Assembly: GCA_002811645.1 (NCBI GenBank)
Contig: PDIP01000017.1
Coordinates: forward strand, 227,357-291,356
From: Corallochytrium limacisporum Hawaii
Taxonomy: Eukaryota > Protista > Pluriformea
DNA: 64,000 bases
Direction: 5' to 3'
The notes beneath the pieces are model-generated. The model worked only from the letters and a program-made list of their open reading frames with translations. It searched no databases and was not told the origin of the DNA. Positions within the stretch are counted from its first letter, which is position 1. The number at the start of each line of letters is the position of its first letter. Below, piece after piece: positions 1 to 11,900 of this stretch. The position numbers and the translations under genes are program-made.

Positions 1-203
1 AGATGGGTTAGAGGGTGCAGTTCACAGCCAGGCGGGTCTCTCAGGTGTGGGATTCAGTGGTACGGCAGGCATTGCATACCTGTGGACTTTGGAGCGTGTG
101 GAGCAAAGCTAGAAATGGGCCCATTGATCGTGTCATTTGGAAGAACTGGTGTAAATTCTGAGTATGAGGTTCGTAGCTAATCGATGTAGTACACACTGCG
201 GAT

Positions 204-961
204 ATGCCGAAGTCACGGAGGAACAAGATCGTCAATCTGACGAAAACTGAAAAGCGTACACGCAATACGAAGGGAGACTTTATCTCAGAGCTGAGAGAAC
301 TAGCTGAAAAGTATTCATACGTTTACGTTTTCCAGTTTGAGAATGTCAGAAATCAGCACGTCAACAATATGCGCATGGACTGGCGTCACAGCCGTTTCAT
401 CCTGGGAAAGAACAAGGTCATGACTGTTGCCCTGGGCAAAACCCCAGAAGATGAACTGCGTAAGGACCTCCACAAGCTTTCAGGCCATCTGAAGGGAGAC
501 CGTGGTTTGCTGTTTACAGACAAGGATCCGGAAGCAGTGACGGAGTTGTTCGCAGAACATCGCGACAAGGACTTTGCCCGCGCTGGATTCGTTGCTACAC
601 AGACTATTGAGCTGCCTGAGGGACCTTTGCCGGACTTCCAGCACACACAAGAACCCTTCCTTCGCAAATTGGGGATGCCTACTGTCTTGAATAAGGGTGT
701 TATTGAACTGCGCCGTGATTTCACGGTCGCCACTGAGGGCAAAGCCATCACGCAGAATGAGGCAACTCTTATCGTAAGTATTTCGTTAATTCTGAAAACA
801 TTTTGCTACCACCATGTGGGACTTATTACTAACCATGCAATCCTGTATTTACGTCATTCTTTTGTCACTAACAGAAGCAACTCGGCATCAAACTTGCTGA
901 ATTCAAGGCCTCAGTCGTCGCAGTTTGGCACGATGGCCGTGTCCGCGAATATGAAGATTAA
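204..961 (+). CDS. MRTO4: Ribosome assembly factor Mrt4 (uL10 paralog); exons 204-773 and 875-961
   Basis: MPKSRRNKIVNLTKT start, SRFILGKNKVM.VALG and DFARAG motifs. Splicing GTAAGT(774)...CTAACAG(874) gives the expected end KQLGIKLAEFKASVVAVW...* in place of the ORF-track read-through tail. Confidence 0.95.
774..874 (+). other. Spliceosomal intron (101 nt, phase 0) in MRT4
   Basis: GTAAGT donor, TACTAAC branch motif near 827-833, CAG acceptor; removal restores the homologous C-terminus. Confidence 0.9.
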
Positions 962-1000
962 GGTTCCAAGATAGCTCATAGTATACATCATCATCTGAAT

Positions 1001-1441
1001 TTAATTGGCTTGTTCTGCCTTGGACCCGAAGTGACCGGAGAACAGCAAGACATTAGAGTACGTCATCATAAGGACCATGAAAACGAAACTGTAGGGTTGG
1101 GAATTGACAAGGGGAATTCTGTTAGTTCGCTGTTCTGCATCTTCCATTTTTCAGGGGAGGCCATAAATCACGTATCATAGCACATCTGTGTCAAATACTT
1201 ACGAAAAGTTCGTCATTGTCTGCTGTCTTGACTTGTCAGTGTTCTGCATCTTTGTGAATGTGTTGGCAAGCATGAGCACACATGACCATGCCAAGGTCTT
1301 AGATTTGTAGACTGTTGACAACAATCCAAAGACAAGTAGGAGAATACTGGCAACGTCACCCGAGCTGTCAGCCAGATCATAAGGTGGAGTAAATGGCTGA
1401 ATCTTATCAGCATTGATCTTTGATGTTTTTGAGGTGGACAT
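1001..1441 (-). CDS. WDR83OS: Asterix/PAT10 (UPF0139) small ER membrane protein; exons 1441-1203 and 1088-1001
   Basis: About 109 aa with DKIQPFTPP, hydrophobic segments (SILLLVFGLLSTVYKSKTLAW), and after splicing QQTMTNFSFVFMVLMMTYS, matching the family layout. Confidence 0.75.
1089..1202 (-). other. Spliceosomal intron in Asterix
   Basis: GTAAGT at 1202, ACTAAC branch at 1126-1121, CCCTACAG acceptor at 1089; an in-frame alternative AG lies at 1119. Confidence 0.8.
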
Positions 1442-1820
1442 GTTTACGTCTGTTGAGGCATCCAATCCGATTCTCCCGTAACTATTACTGACTGTGCGAT
1501 AGTTTTGCCATCAAGCTTGTTGACTGACGGTCATGTCACTAGGTACCTTCAATCGACCAGATGTCTAATGCCGCCTTTGGTAATGAGAAAACCAAACCTT
1601 TACGTCGGGCACCACCAATCCACAGCAGGGGTTTCCCAATGGTATAGGTTCTTTTGAACTTAGGGGTGAGCCTTACTATCGCGGAAATAGGCCGGGCCTC
1701 CCGTGTTTACGTTTGGCCGCGGGGGCCTATTTTCACTGACTGAAACGTGAGACCGTGTCATTGCGCGCGGGGAGACATACGGCGGCGGCGATGGCAACAG
1801 TGGCTAGTTCTCGTTGGCTG

Positions 1821-1860
1821 GGCCGGGGAGGGGGCCCCCGGGGAGGTTGGGGGTGGAGGG
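1821..1860. promoter_or_regulatory. G/C-run element in the Asterix/IFT122 divergent region
   Basis: ggccggggagggggcccccggggaggttgggggtggaggg; the same class recurs upstream of most genes. Confidence 0.5.
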
Positions 1861-2048
1861 ATTCCTGCGCGTCCATACGCAGTGAGAGATCGCCGGCAGG
1901 AAGGACCCAACCCTCCAGTCGTTGCGTATTTGTGGAGCACTGAGTGATATAGGCAGCGCCGTGTGGGATCTGACCGTGTGTCATGGGCTCTGTTCGTAGA
2001 ATTGGGAAATATGTAGAGGTCCACGACGACAATCAAAAATAGAGGACA

Positions 2049-5000
2049 ATGAAATCTGTCCCGCTGTGGTTGGACAAGATCCAAGACCGAGAGGGGACTT
2101 CCCAACCGGTACACTGCGTGGCTTTCGAGCCTGGTGGTGACGCGCTGCTTGCTGCAGCGGGAAACCGCGTATTTGTTTACAGTGGGAGCGAAGGAAATCT
2201 GATAGAAACCTTGAAGCGTCATGAGACCAGTGTGTATGCCTTGGCATGGAGCTATACAGGAAACTACTTTGCCAGCGGCAGCGCAGATGGCCAAGTGTTG
2301 GTCTGGAGCCCAACTCAGATGAAAGTAGTTATGAAATTCAGGCACAATGATGCTGTTCAACACTTAGCGTTTGATCCGACAACGAATTTGTTGGCGTCAG
2401 GAGCGGTTATCGACTTCCGCTTGTGGAAGGACGACCAGAAGAGTTCCTCTCGACACAAAACCGATGCTCGTATCTGCTCGATAGCATGGAGCTTCGACGG
2501 ACAGTACTTGGCCTTTGGCCTGTTCAATGGCAAGATTAGCATTCGGGGGTCGGATGGTGTAGAGCGTGTGAAGCTGGTGCACGGCCAGCGCCCAGTATGG
2601 ACTCTCAGCTGGATGCCATACGGGGAGGTGTACAAGTTGGAAGTGTTGGTGGCGGGAGACTGGTCAAATATTCTGAAATTTTATCAACCATCGGGAAGGA
2701 TTCTGCATGGAGTGGAACTCGAAGACTCCATTTCATCACTTGAATTCTACAACCATGGAGAATTTTTCGTAGGTGGAACAACGAAAGGAAAATGCCAACT
2801 GTACAAAAAGGATGGCACGAAATTGGCTACTATTGGTTCCACAGACGGATGGGTGCTGAATAATAGTATTGCCAACGAACGAAATCTGGTAGCATTTGGT
2901 TCGACTGAAGGCTACGTTGGTGTGTATCAGATCGGGTTCAATACTGTCCACGGTTTATGGAATGATCGATATGCATACAGGGAGGGCCTAACCGATGTCA
3001 TTGTGCACGACTTGGCAAAGGACACCAAAGCTCGTATCCAATGCCGCGACATGGTGCACAAAATTTCCAAGTACCAGAATCGATTAGCTATCCAGTTGTC
3101 TGACAGGATCTTAATTTGTCGACCTGATATTGACAACCGCCAAGGTCTCAAGTATGTTGTGAAGCAAAGCCTTAAGTTGAGGGAGACTGTAGCATGCAAT
3201 CTTTTGGTGGTATTGTCGCAAAATATTGTACTTTGTATTGAAAACCGTCTGGTCAATTATGACTTTGAGGGGAAACAGATTTGCGAATGGAATCTTCAAT
3301 CCGTAGTACGTTACATCAAGGCTATTCCGGGTCCACCAAGTCACGAAGGTCTCTTGGTTGGTCTCAAGAACGGGTTAGTCCTAAAGGTCTTCATTGACAA
3401 CCCATATCCATCGATAGTAACTCGGATTGACTCTGTTATTCGCTGTCTAGACATGAATATCAGCAAGACAAAGGTCGCCATTATAGGTGATACAGCTGAG
3501 CTGATTGTCTACGATTTAGTCAAAAAGAAGGTAGTATACAAGGCCGGGGGTGCAACAAGCGTGGCCTGGAATACGCAGTTCCACGATATGCTATGCTACA
3601 GTGGACCTAAGGGTCTCTATATCAAGACTGCAGACTTTCCAGTTCATCTGCAGAAGTATTCGGGATTTGTTGTAGGCTTCCAGGCGAGCAAAGCCTTTTG
3701 TCTAACGAAGTACACTGTAACTGCTGTGGACATCCCTCAGTCACAGTCTATGTACGGATATTTGGGTGCGAACGACTTTGAGAAGGCATATGAGGTTGCA
3801 TGCCTAGGGGTCACGATTTCCGACTGGAACGCACTCGGCCACAAGGCTATCCTTGCAATGAATTTTGATATTGCACGAAAGGCTTTCATTCGGTTGAAGG
3901 ACACAAAATGGCTTACTTTTATTGACGAATATGGTCATGAAGAGGAAGGCGTTGTTCGCGGCTACTACTTTGCTTTTACCCGAGATTTTGTGAAGGCAAA
4001 GGATGCATTCACCACGGCCGGGTACCGCGGCCTCTATGATGAAGTTGAGCAGGATCTTAATGAGGATGTTGCAATCAAGGCGGCAAAAGCAGTTTCGAAG
4101 GAGCCGAGACCAGTGTCCAAGTCTACGGAGCAAGGTAGCGAAGTTGCTCGTCCTCCTCCAGAAGATGTCACAAACAGCATGGAAGCGAACGACAGCGGTG
4201 GAAGTAAGCTGCTACCCATGACAAAGGTTGTGGACCCAGTGAAGAAGAGAATCATTGTTCCTTTGGAAGATGTAGAATCTATGGATATTGAAGAGCTCTT
4301 GCAGGGGGACGTCATGGGGGCAATTCAAAGGCTCGGAGAAACTGGGGATGTCAAAGGACTAGTCGAATTGATGCGCCGACTGCCAATCGACAAGTTGCAG
4401 GCTTTCCAGGAATGCGGGCTTTGGTTCGCATACCACGGTAAAGTTCAGAATCAGTTGGAAGCTTTCCAGAAGTGTCGGGATATTCCAGGCATTGTGCACT
4501 CCAACGCCCTCCTTGGAAAGCCCAGAGAGGCACGTGCCGTGGTCATGGACTATCATGATCGGTTTCAAGACCACCAACAGCGGCAAATCTACCTCAGTGC
4601 AGAGGCTAGTGATACGAAGGCTTGTTTGGCTATCGCCGCCAGCCAAATGGGCCAGCTCACGTGCTGTCGAACGGTTTGCAGCCTCATTGAGCGCAAAATT
4701 ACGATGCGGAGGTATGCCGATGGATCGTACCTGTGCTGGTTGCTGGCACAGATGATGAAGATAGGTTCCGTTTCTTTCATTGCCACTCCGCTTGGAGGTG
4801 CTGGTCAAGAAGACCAATCAGCAGATTTCTTCCTGATGCTCGCTGAGGTGTATGCAGCATACCAAGTTGTACTACAATTCATGGAGCAGCCATTCACTGA
4901 CTTCACGCCATTGCAACTGATGCATGCAGCACGATTCCTGAAAACTAAATGTCTCCGAAACACACCAACAGGTATCTCACAATCAGCCATCATGTTCACT

Positions 5001-5612
5001 TTGGCACAGAATGCCAGGATTAACGGAGGCTTTGGTACCGCGAAGACTGCGTTTGCCCAGTTGCAGACCTTGCGGGTCCCTTCACACATCCTCGTTGTAG
5101 CGTCTCTAGCTACTGCCCACTCTCATGGGGATCCGAGTGAGGATGCTCTGGATGTCCTGCCGGTTTGCCCACGATGCCAACGGGATAACCCCGTGCTCAC
5201 AGACTGTGGCAATCGTTGCATCCATTGTGCTAACGGGTTTATTCACTGTCTGCTGACATTCACCATCTTGAATGTGGTTGAATGTGTCACAACCGGTGTA
5301 TCGGTAGCAGAAGCTGAGAAACTACTTGCTGCTGGAGGTTCCTCCGACGAAGGCATTCGAGAGCTGCTGGATGTGGCATTCAAATCATCATCCTGGGATG
5401 CAGAAGTACCGTCCTCAGTGTTGCGCTCTCTAACTCTCGCGGACGTGTTCATCGTAGAAGAAAGCTCACATGGTTTGCGTTATATGGTCAGCTGTGACCC
5501 CCAGGAAGCACTCCAGATGTGTCCGTCATGCCACAAATTGTTTTTATTGGGTCCTTTCGAACGGCAGCGGGTCGAGAAGGGATACTGCGCACATTGTCGC
5601 ACGTTCCTCTGA
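2049..5612 (+). CDS. IFT122: Intraflagellar transport protein 122 (IFT-A, WDR10)
   Basis: 1187 aa with N-terminal WD40 repeats (VYALAWSYTGNYFASGSADG), FNTVHGLWNDRYAYREGLTDVIVH, EKAYEVACLGVT.SDW, and C-terminal CxxC zinc-binding motifs. Confidence 0.95.
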   Translation: MKSVPLWLDKIQDREGTSQPVHCVAFEPGGDALLAAAGNRVFVYSGSEGNLIETLKRHETSVYALAWSYTGNYFASGSADGQVLVWSPTQMKVVMKFRHNDAVQHLAFDPTTNLLASGAVIDFRLWKDDQKSSSRHKTDARICSIAWSFDGQYLAFGLFNGKISIRGSDGVERVKLVHGQRPVWTLSWMPYGEVYKLEVLVAGDWSNILKFYQPSGRILHGVELEDSISSLEFYNHGEFFVGGTTKGKCQLYKKDGTKLATIGSTDGWVLNNSIANERNLVAFGSTEGYVGVYQIGFNTVHGLWNDRYAYREGLTDVIVHDLAKDTKARIQCRDMVHKISKYQNRLAIQLSDRILICRPDIDNRQGLKYVVKQSLKLRETVACNLLVVLSQNIVLCIENRLVNYDFEGKQICEWNLQSVVRYIKAIPGPPSHEGLLVGLKNGLVLKVFIDNPYPSIVTRIDSVIRCLDMNISKTKVAIIGDTAELIVYDLVKKKVVYKAGGATSVAWNTQFHDMLCYSGPKGLYIKTADFPVHLQKYSGFVVGFQASKAFCLTKYTVTAVDIPQSQSMYGYLGANDFEKAYEVACLGVTISDWNALGHKAILAMNFDIARKAFIRLKDTKWLTFIDEYGHEEEGVVRGYYFAFTRDFVKAKDAFTTAGYRGLYDEVEQDLNEDVAIKAAKAVSKEPRPVSKSTEQGSEVARPPPEDVTNSMEANDSGGSKLLPMTKVVDPVKKRIIVPLEDVESMDIEELLQGDVMGAIQRLGETGDVKGLVELMRRLPIDKLQAFQECGLWFAYHGKVQNQLEAFQKCRDIPGIVHSNALLGKPREARAVVMDYHDRFQDHQQRQIYLSAEASDTKACLAIAASQMGQLTCCRTVCSLIERKITMRRYADGSYLCWLLAQMMKIGSVSFIATPLGGAGQEDQSADFFLMLAEVYAAYQVVLQFMEQPFTDFTPLQLMHAARFLKTKCLRNTPTGISQSAIMFTLAQNARINGGFGTAKTAFAQLQTLRVPSHILVVASLATAHSHGDPSEDALDVLPVCPRCQRDNPVLTDCGNRCIHCANGFIHCLLTFTILNVVECVTTGVSVAEAEKLLAAGGSSDEGIRELLDVAFKSSSWDAEVPSSVLRSLTLADVFIVEESSHGLRYMVSCDPQEALQMCPSCHKLFLLGPFERQRVEKGYCAHCRTFL

Positions 5613-8240
5613 GACTTGGCGCCAAGACAACATCTATCAGCGGCAACATTAATGACAAACATGGAAGTGTTTACACCATGATTTATGCTGTACATCAACG
5701 ACCGCAATTGACTAGGCAACAGGTTCTCCGCACCCAAAACCACCATCTCCCTTTGCCCTGACCCATCAATTGACAGCCACCACTTCCTTCTTGTGCCGCA
5801 ACCCGCCAGTTTTACCTGCCTTTTTGGGCGACGATTTTGCCCTCAGTGGCCGTTTCGATAGGGAAGGGCTCGAAATACCATTCCGTCCCCCTTCGCTGGG
5901 GGAGTAGATGATTCTTCCACCCACAGTATGTCCCGCACGAGTCCAGTGTATAAAATCCTTCCACACCACTAAGATAATTTGCCATACTGTCTTGAACTTC
6001 AGAAAGAATTGATCAGTGTAGCTGCGGCGGAGGGGAAGAAGCCACCGACACCTTCCCTTTCTTTAGCGGCCAGTGCCTGTTTTGTCGAGAACTTGTTTTT
6101 TGATTGTACTATGCTGGACTACAGATTTCTGGGTGACGAAAAAATATTCTTCCCCTCCTTCTCCCCCCCCCTTTGCTAGTGGTGGCCCTTTGTACTGCCT
6201 GCGGCCACCTTTGCCACAGACGAAGGTCGGTACTGAACACTAACCGTTGTTCGGTATTGTAAGTACTACGCTGAAACGCAGTTCTCAAGTGTAAGCCATC
6301 TGTGCTTTCAGGTTGATGTAGGCGCCCAAGATGGTGAATATGGTGATCCAGTGTGTCACAGACCAGACATTCCGCAATCTAGTTCAAGTAGCTACCACCA
6401 GATTTTCCTGATCGCATACACAGTGGAATGTAATCATCAGTTGTCAACAGGAACCATCCGGCTCTGCTGGCAAACGACGAAGCAAGTCTGCTCCGGTGGG
6501 CACTGGAACACCTGCAACCCCGTCCGTATGTTTGGGGAGTCGAAATCTTCATGACAATATCTGCAACGCGGGGACGAGCATCTTACCGATATCCTAAACA
6601 GTCGCCCAATCGTTTGAGATCAAAGCACGTGTGCAGCAGTCGGTCGTTAATGTACATGACCAGGCACTGTGAGACGGTGACCATCCGGTCGAGGCCCACC
6701 TCAAAGCCACTCCCGTGACACACTGCTTCTTGCCTCCCCCCGGCCTCCAGGCAGGGGGACTTGCCTAGCCGAAGAATTGGGGGAGGTCCGTTGTATGCAC
6801 GGGTTTTGCACTCAGCCGCTGAAGCATTCGGAGGGCAGCGGATAGCGTGGCAGCGGTAGCAGCGGAGGACAAAACCGACCAGGGGGTGTCCCATGTAAGG
6901 ACTAAAAGGGAATGGGTGTTTGCCCCTTTGCCACAATTTTCATCACTTTTTCGGCTCCGCCCCGTAGTTTTCTATGGCAAACCACACGAACCTGTCACCG
7001 CGACGCGCAAAGGCCCCGGAGGGGTGGGGAAGGGGACCCCGACCCACCACGAAATTCTTTCGGTGGTATTTTTTCTTGTTTTCCCGCGAGGAGGGGTAGA
7101 TGCTCAGCAGCGATCCAGCAGCTCGTTCCGACAGGCGTCATGCACAAAGGCCGCGTAGCAGGAGCCTGGTCATCCTCGGTGGAGACCATCCCTCGGTCAA
7201 AAACACCAATCGACTAAAAGCGGAGCCGCAGTTCGTATGCAAATTTTGCGTCATCGCCGGTGTGTGGAACCAATAGTTTTGGACTGACGTTTGTGGTCGG
7301 AACTTTTTCCGCTTTGAGTTCTGCCCTGCCCAGTTGGTTAATGCAAATTCGAGATGATCCCTGCGAGAGGATGGTACTGAAAACGGACTCCAGTTCAATA
7401 GAAGAGGTTTTGCTATACTTACTGTGCTGTTGATATAAGCCATAGAGGGGATATCAGGGTAAATCTCTGGGCCTTCTCTCTCTTTCCGTGGTATCGCTCT
7501 GCTGGTCCTTTTGAGTTGCAACGAGGAATTCATACTGTACAGGAGTGCGCTGCTTATACATACTTTGTTCAGACTGGAAGCCACGAAAAGATGTAGATAT
7601 GGAAGAGAAAGGACAGAGAAAGAGATGATGACATTATCGACCGCGCACACTGGTAGGTGATGCGCCGCATCGTTTTGTTTCTTGGCGCGGGTGTTTGTAA
7701 AACGGACACTCGTGGTAGTCAACATTGTGTTCGTCCGGCCATGGTGCTTGCAGTCTATGTCAGCGCAGCGTCACCGAGGCGCGTGTCGTAGCTTTGATAA
7801 GTGGAGGATGACCAGCGCTGGGCGAGTGTCGTGCCATTTATGTATGATATATTAAGGGGGTGGTCATAATAACGTTGTGATCGGCCTCCTAGAGAATTGC
7901 ATCAGTCCGATCTAGCTCCACACAGCCTCCACTTATTGTATTTCCCGACCTTCTGTACAAAATGTACGGGAACAGGGAGTGTCGCGAGATGGTATACCCT
8001 TTCAACTGATGACGGGTGATAATGCTTAGTCTACACTTCCGATCTTGTTTCTGTTTCGTCCAGTCGCTGGCAATAGTGATATCCCCTTATAATTTACATG
8101 GATTGTCCCGACCGTTGGGACAGAACGGAGACCCGCCCGGTGCACCGTGCACTGTGTGTCCACACGTCCCTCCTTTCGCAAAGAGGCAGCCAGTCGTCCA
8201 TAATACGCACGAAATGCGGCAGTAAAAGACCGCGAAGGTG

Positions 8241-8532
8241 NNNNNNNNNNNNNNNNNNNNNNNNNNNNNNNNNNNNNNNNNNNNNNNNNNNNNNNNNNNN
8301 NNNNNNNNNNNNNNNNNNNNNNNNNNNNNNNNNNNNNNNNNNNNNNNNNNNNNNNNNNNNNNNNNNNNNNNNNNNNNNNNNNNNNNNNNNNNNNNNNNNN
8401 NNNNNNNNNNNNNNNNNNNNNNNNNNNNNNNNNNNNNNNNNNNNNNNNNNNNNNNNNNNNNNNNNNNNNNNNNNNNNNNNNNNNNNNNNNNNNNNNNNNN
8501 NNNNNNNNNNNNNNNNNNNNNNNNNNNNNNNN
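8241..8532. other. Assembly gap (N run)
   Basis: 292 N. Confidence 1.
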
Positions 8533-8676
8533 TTCATTTTCTTTTTCTTACTTGCCTTCTTTTTCGTGAACGGTGACCGGCGCTGGGCCCGCTGCGACGA
8601 AGCGCTCTTCCAAAAAATCAAGCATTATCGCGAGCGAGCAACAGCGCAGTGAGATGACAACCACCAACCACTGAGG

Positions 8677-8704
8677 CCCCCCCCGGGCGGGGGAGGGAGG
8701 GGGA
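8677..8704. promoter_or_regulatory. Poly-C/CCGG/poly-G upstream element
   Basis: C8-GGGCGGGGGAGGGAGGGGGG about 270 nt upstream of the 8976 ATG. Confidence 0.5.
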
Positions 8705-8975
8705 CTTTGCTGAAGAGGATAAGTGGCCTTCCCAACGATGTAGTGCACATCCCGCACAGTAGTACGTTCTGACCAACAGTATGCTTCATTGCTAGAATAC
8801 GAAAGGTATACAGAAGATCTACAGTCCCAAACAATCAATGAGTAGAACTAAACTCTAAAACCGGGACCGCGGAAACAAATACTATTACGAATCAAGAAGA
8901 GCCAGTATATTCCATTTCATTCGCAATGACAAGTTCCTGATTGTGTTCGGAGGAGGTTTGAAATATTAGTTTAAC

Positions 8976-11900
8976 ATGCCTGAAATCTGGAATGGATTTT
9001 ACATGACGGGCAAGCCGTCAAAGAAGGACTTGCAAACCATGCTTGATAATGTCCGCAAGTCGGCTACATTGGGCACACACAGCTTGGAAGTCTTCCCCGA
9101 AGGTATAGACGTCGAGGAAGTAGCTCTGGACTCTGAGACTGTTCGCAACGCTCTGCAACACATTACTAACCTGTCAAACAAATTCAACAAAAGTCACGCA
9201 GTTCTCTTCCGAGGATACCCAAGTAGAGTCAGGTCACGAGCCTTTGGAGACTTCATGCGAAACTGTGTGACCTCGCATTACCAGAGCAAGAACCGGGGAT
9301 TTGGTGATAAGTTGAATTCTGCAATCACCTTCTTGGAGCACTTATCTGGTATCGACTCGGACAAGATTTTGACTACATATGCATCTTGGAGATTGTACCT
9401 GGAGGAGAATGAGGCAGGTGCGGGCACTGAAATTCTCCATGGTGCCCAGTTCTACTTCGCAGTTGTGAGCGGGTCTCTGTTCTCATATACGAGTGGCATC
9501 ATCCCTGATATCCTCTGGGCATTTCTGTATGGATGCCAAGACAGGGGAATCCGGTCGGCCTTCCAATTGGATTTGTTGTGTGAGCCAGACCCTGAAAAGA
9601 AGCAAGCTGGCATTGAGGTCTGGGGTTCTTTCTTAGACCTTGCACAGCAGCTGGGTATTGATGAGCAGATCATGGTCCGCACTCAAAGGATTTTTGCGGT
9701 GATCCTCCACACCCTCTTCCTGGAATTCGATGCCGATGACCATGGCAACGCGGTTGTAATGGGCCACATGGACGTGCTTTCACGACTTATGGACGTCAAT
9801 CCATCGGACTTGAATCGGGCCTTGACAAGAGTTGAAATTGATTTGGGTGATGTTGTGGAAAATGAACCCATGAAGTTAGATGTAGCAATGCAGAATCAGC
9901 TTCAGTTTGTTCAGATTCTTTTCCATGCAATGTATTTTGTTCTTGTTGAAGAAGTCAATCAGAGCCTTGCGACGGATATGTCTCAGAGCGTGGACTACCA
10001 CACCGTCGATATTATCAACTGCAGAGAGGCCCAGTTGGAGAATGAATTTGGTGGCTGGAACGACGCTGCTGGTGAAGTTCTGTCTGTGTTCCTTCAGAAC
10101 TACGTCATTGAAAACCTTGATGAAATGTCAGCTGGAATCCCAGACCGTGAGGTCTTGCGAGCCAGGGATGCTGCTCGCTTCTGGTATAATACTCCCGACA
10201 GTGTTCTGAGAATCACAGGTGAGTGCTTCGAGAGACACATGTTCTCACAAAAGGCATTCAGTCAGACTTTCCGCGAAGCAAATGACGACAAAGAATATGA
10301 CAGCATGGTGTTTAGTATGAACGGTACTCACCTCGATGTATCTCGGGACGGGCATCTCAGGAAATACGAGACGAAAGAATTCATCAAAGACAACCAAATG
10401 TTTGATCTGGAAAAAGCAAAGGGGGCCCTTCTGAAGGTAGCCAGGCATCCTGAGCTCCTGTGGATTCCGCAGACCTTCACCTGTGAGTTTGGACTGATTT
10501 CTAATCTTGAACCTGCGAACGACAGGGGAATGTCAGCTCGGGCCGAATCCTCTGCGGGAAATTTGATGCGTCTAATGGCCGCCATCAAATTGCACCACCG
10601 ATCCTTCGATCCGGCAATATTCTACTTCTTCCGCAGGGGAACGGTACCATTGGACATCCAAGCGCGTCACCTCGGAGTTGATCTTGCAATCTACTGTGAG
10701 CACAATGTCAAGGTTGAGATTTCAACGGAATACTTGTCCAAAATGATTGGCGACCAGGCCGCAGTCAAAGCGGTGTTCAAGCAGATCGGCATCAGGTACG
10801 AACCAAGTGGATACGGAGTATTGATTCCTCCAATCGCTCTTCGTATGATCGAGGCTAGAAAACCGGCTCCTAAAATGGCACCATCTGTAAAGCCCACTGC
10901 AGCAGAAGAGAACGGTAAATACACAGAGAAGGAAGGCTCAGCTCTTCCTGAAGCACAGGCTACGTACGGCAACCTAGAAACTGGAGTTGCCAATCTTTCT
11001 GTGAAGGACGCGCCTGGGCAGGACGGAAATGTGTACGGAAATATGGACATTATCAACAACGGATCCCCGAAAGCAGTCACGCACGCCGCACCTGTGCAGT
11101 CTGGGGCAGGTCCTGTATATGGCAATATTGACGACACGCGAGGCGGTGCCCCCAGTGAGCCCGCGTCCGGGCAAGCTCCGTCTCCTCCCTCGGGACCAGT
11201 GTATGGCAATGTTGACCCAGCGAAAGCTGCTGTGGCTGCAGCTGCTGTGGCCGCGGGGTCTTGCAGTAGATTGACCCAGAATGTACAGCCAGTCTATGGT
11301 AACATGGGACAAGTGCAGAAGCCTGGTCCATTGCAGGCCAATCAAAATGGCCCAATGTACGGAAATCTAGACTCGCCGGCTGCAGGCTCTGCCGCTGGTG
11401 CGGGGAATCACGGACGAGGCTCAATGCATGACACGTACATGACCCCTGACGAAATTGATCGCAATACCCCTCCTGAAATTGGAATCCAACCAGTGGTACA
11501 GACTCCACCTGAGGAGCACCGAAAGCGGCCGTCTGAGAACTCAACTGTCTCCGGTGGCACCCACCGACCGCGCATGCCGACCTTGCGTCTTACTATGCGG
11601 TCCAATGCCAGTGGTGAGGCCTCGAGCCATAGTTCGTCTCCACGAATAGGCCGGCGACACATGTCAGTCTCTTCGGCAGCCAGTGGACGCCCTGATTTTG
11701 GCAGCTTTGACATACGCCAGATCTACCCAAACATGGAGCGAGGTGAAGCTGAACGGGTCCTTGCGGAATACCCAAACGGAATTTGCTTGATTCGGTCCAA
11801 GCCGGGACAGGATCGCAAGTATCCATTGAGCTACAAACTTTCTGAGGGTGTGGTACGACACTTTATTGTCCATCGTGATCCCCGTTCTGACACTCCGTGG

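Noticed and set aside
775-974. ORF-track C-terminal extension of MRT4
   Set aside because: It is read-through of an intron; the spliced form gives the conserved end at 961.
6259-6311. GTAAGT...TTTCAG as an intron
   Set aside because: It lacks the CTAAC branch motif seen in the supported introns and joins no credible ORF.
7138-7725. 195-aa minus-strand ORF
   Set aside because: No recognisable domain, non-ATG start and atypical composition; not called as a gene.
8094-8652. ORFs spanning the N-gaps (also 42440-43197)
   Set aside because: Artefacts of translating through Ns and homopolymer tracts.
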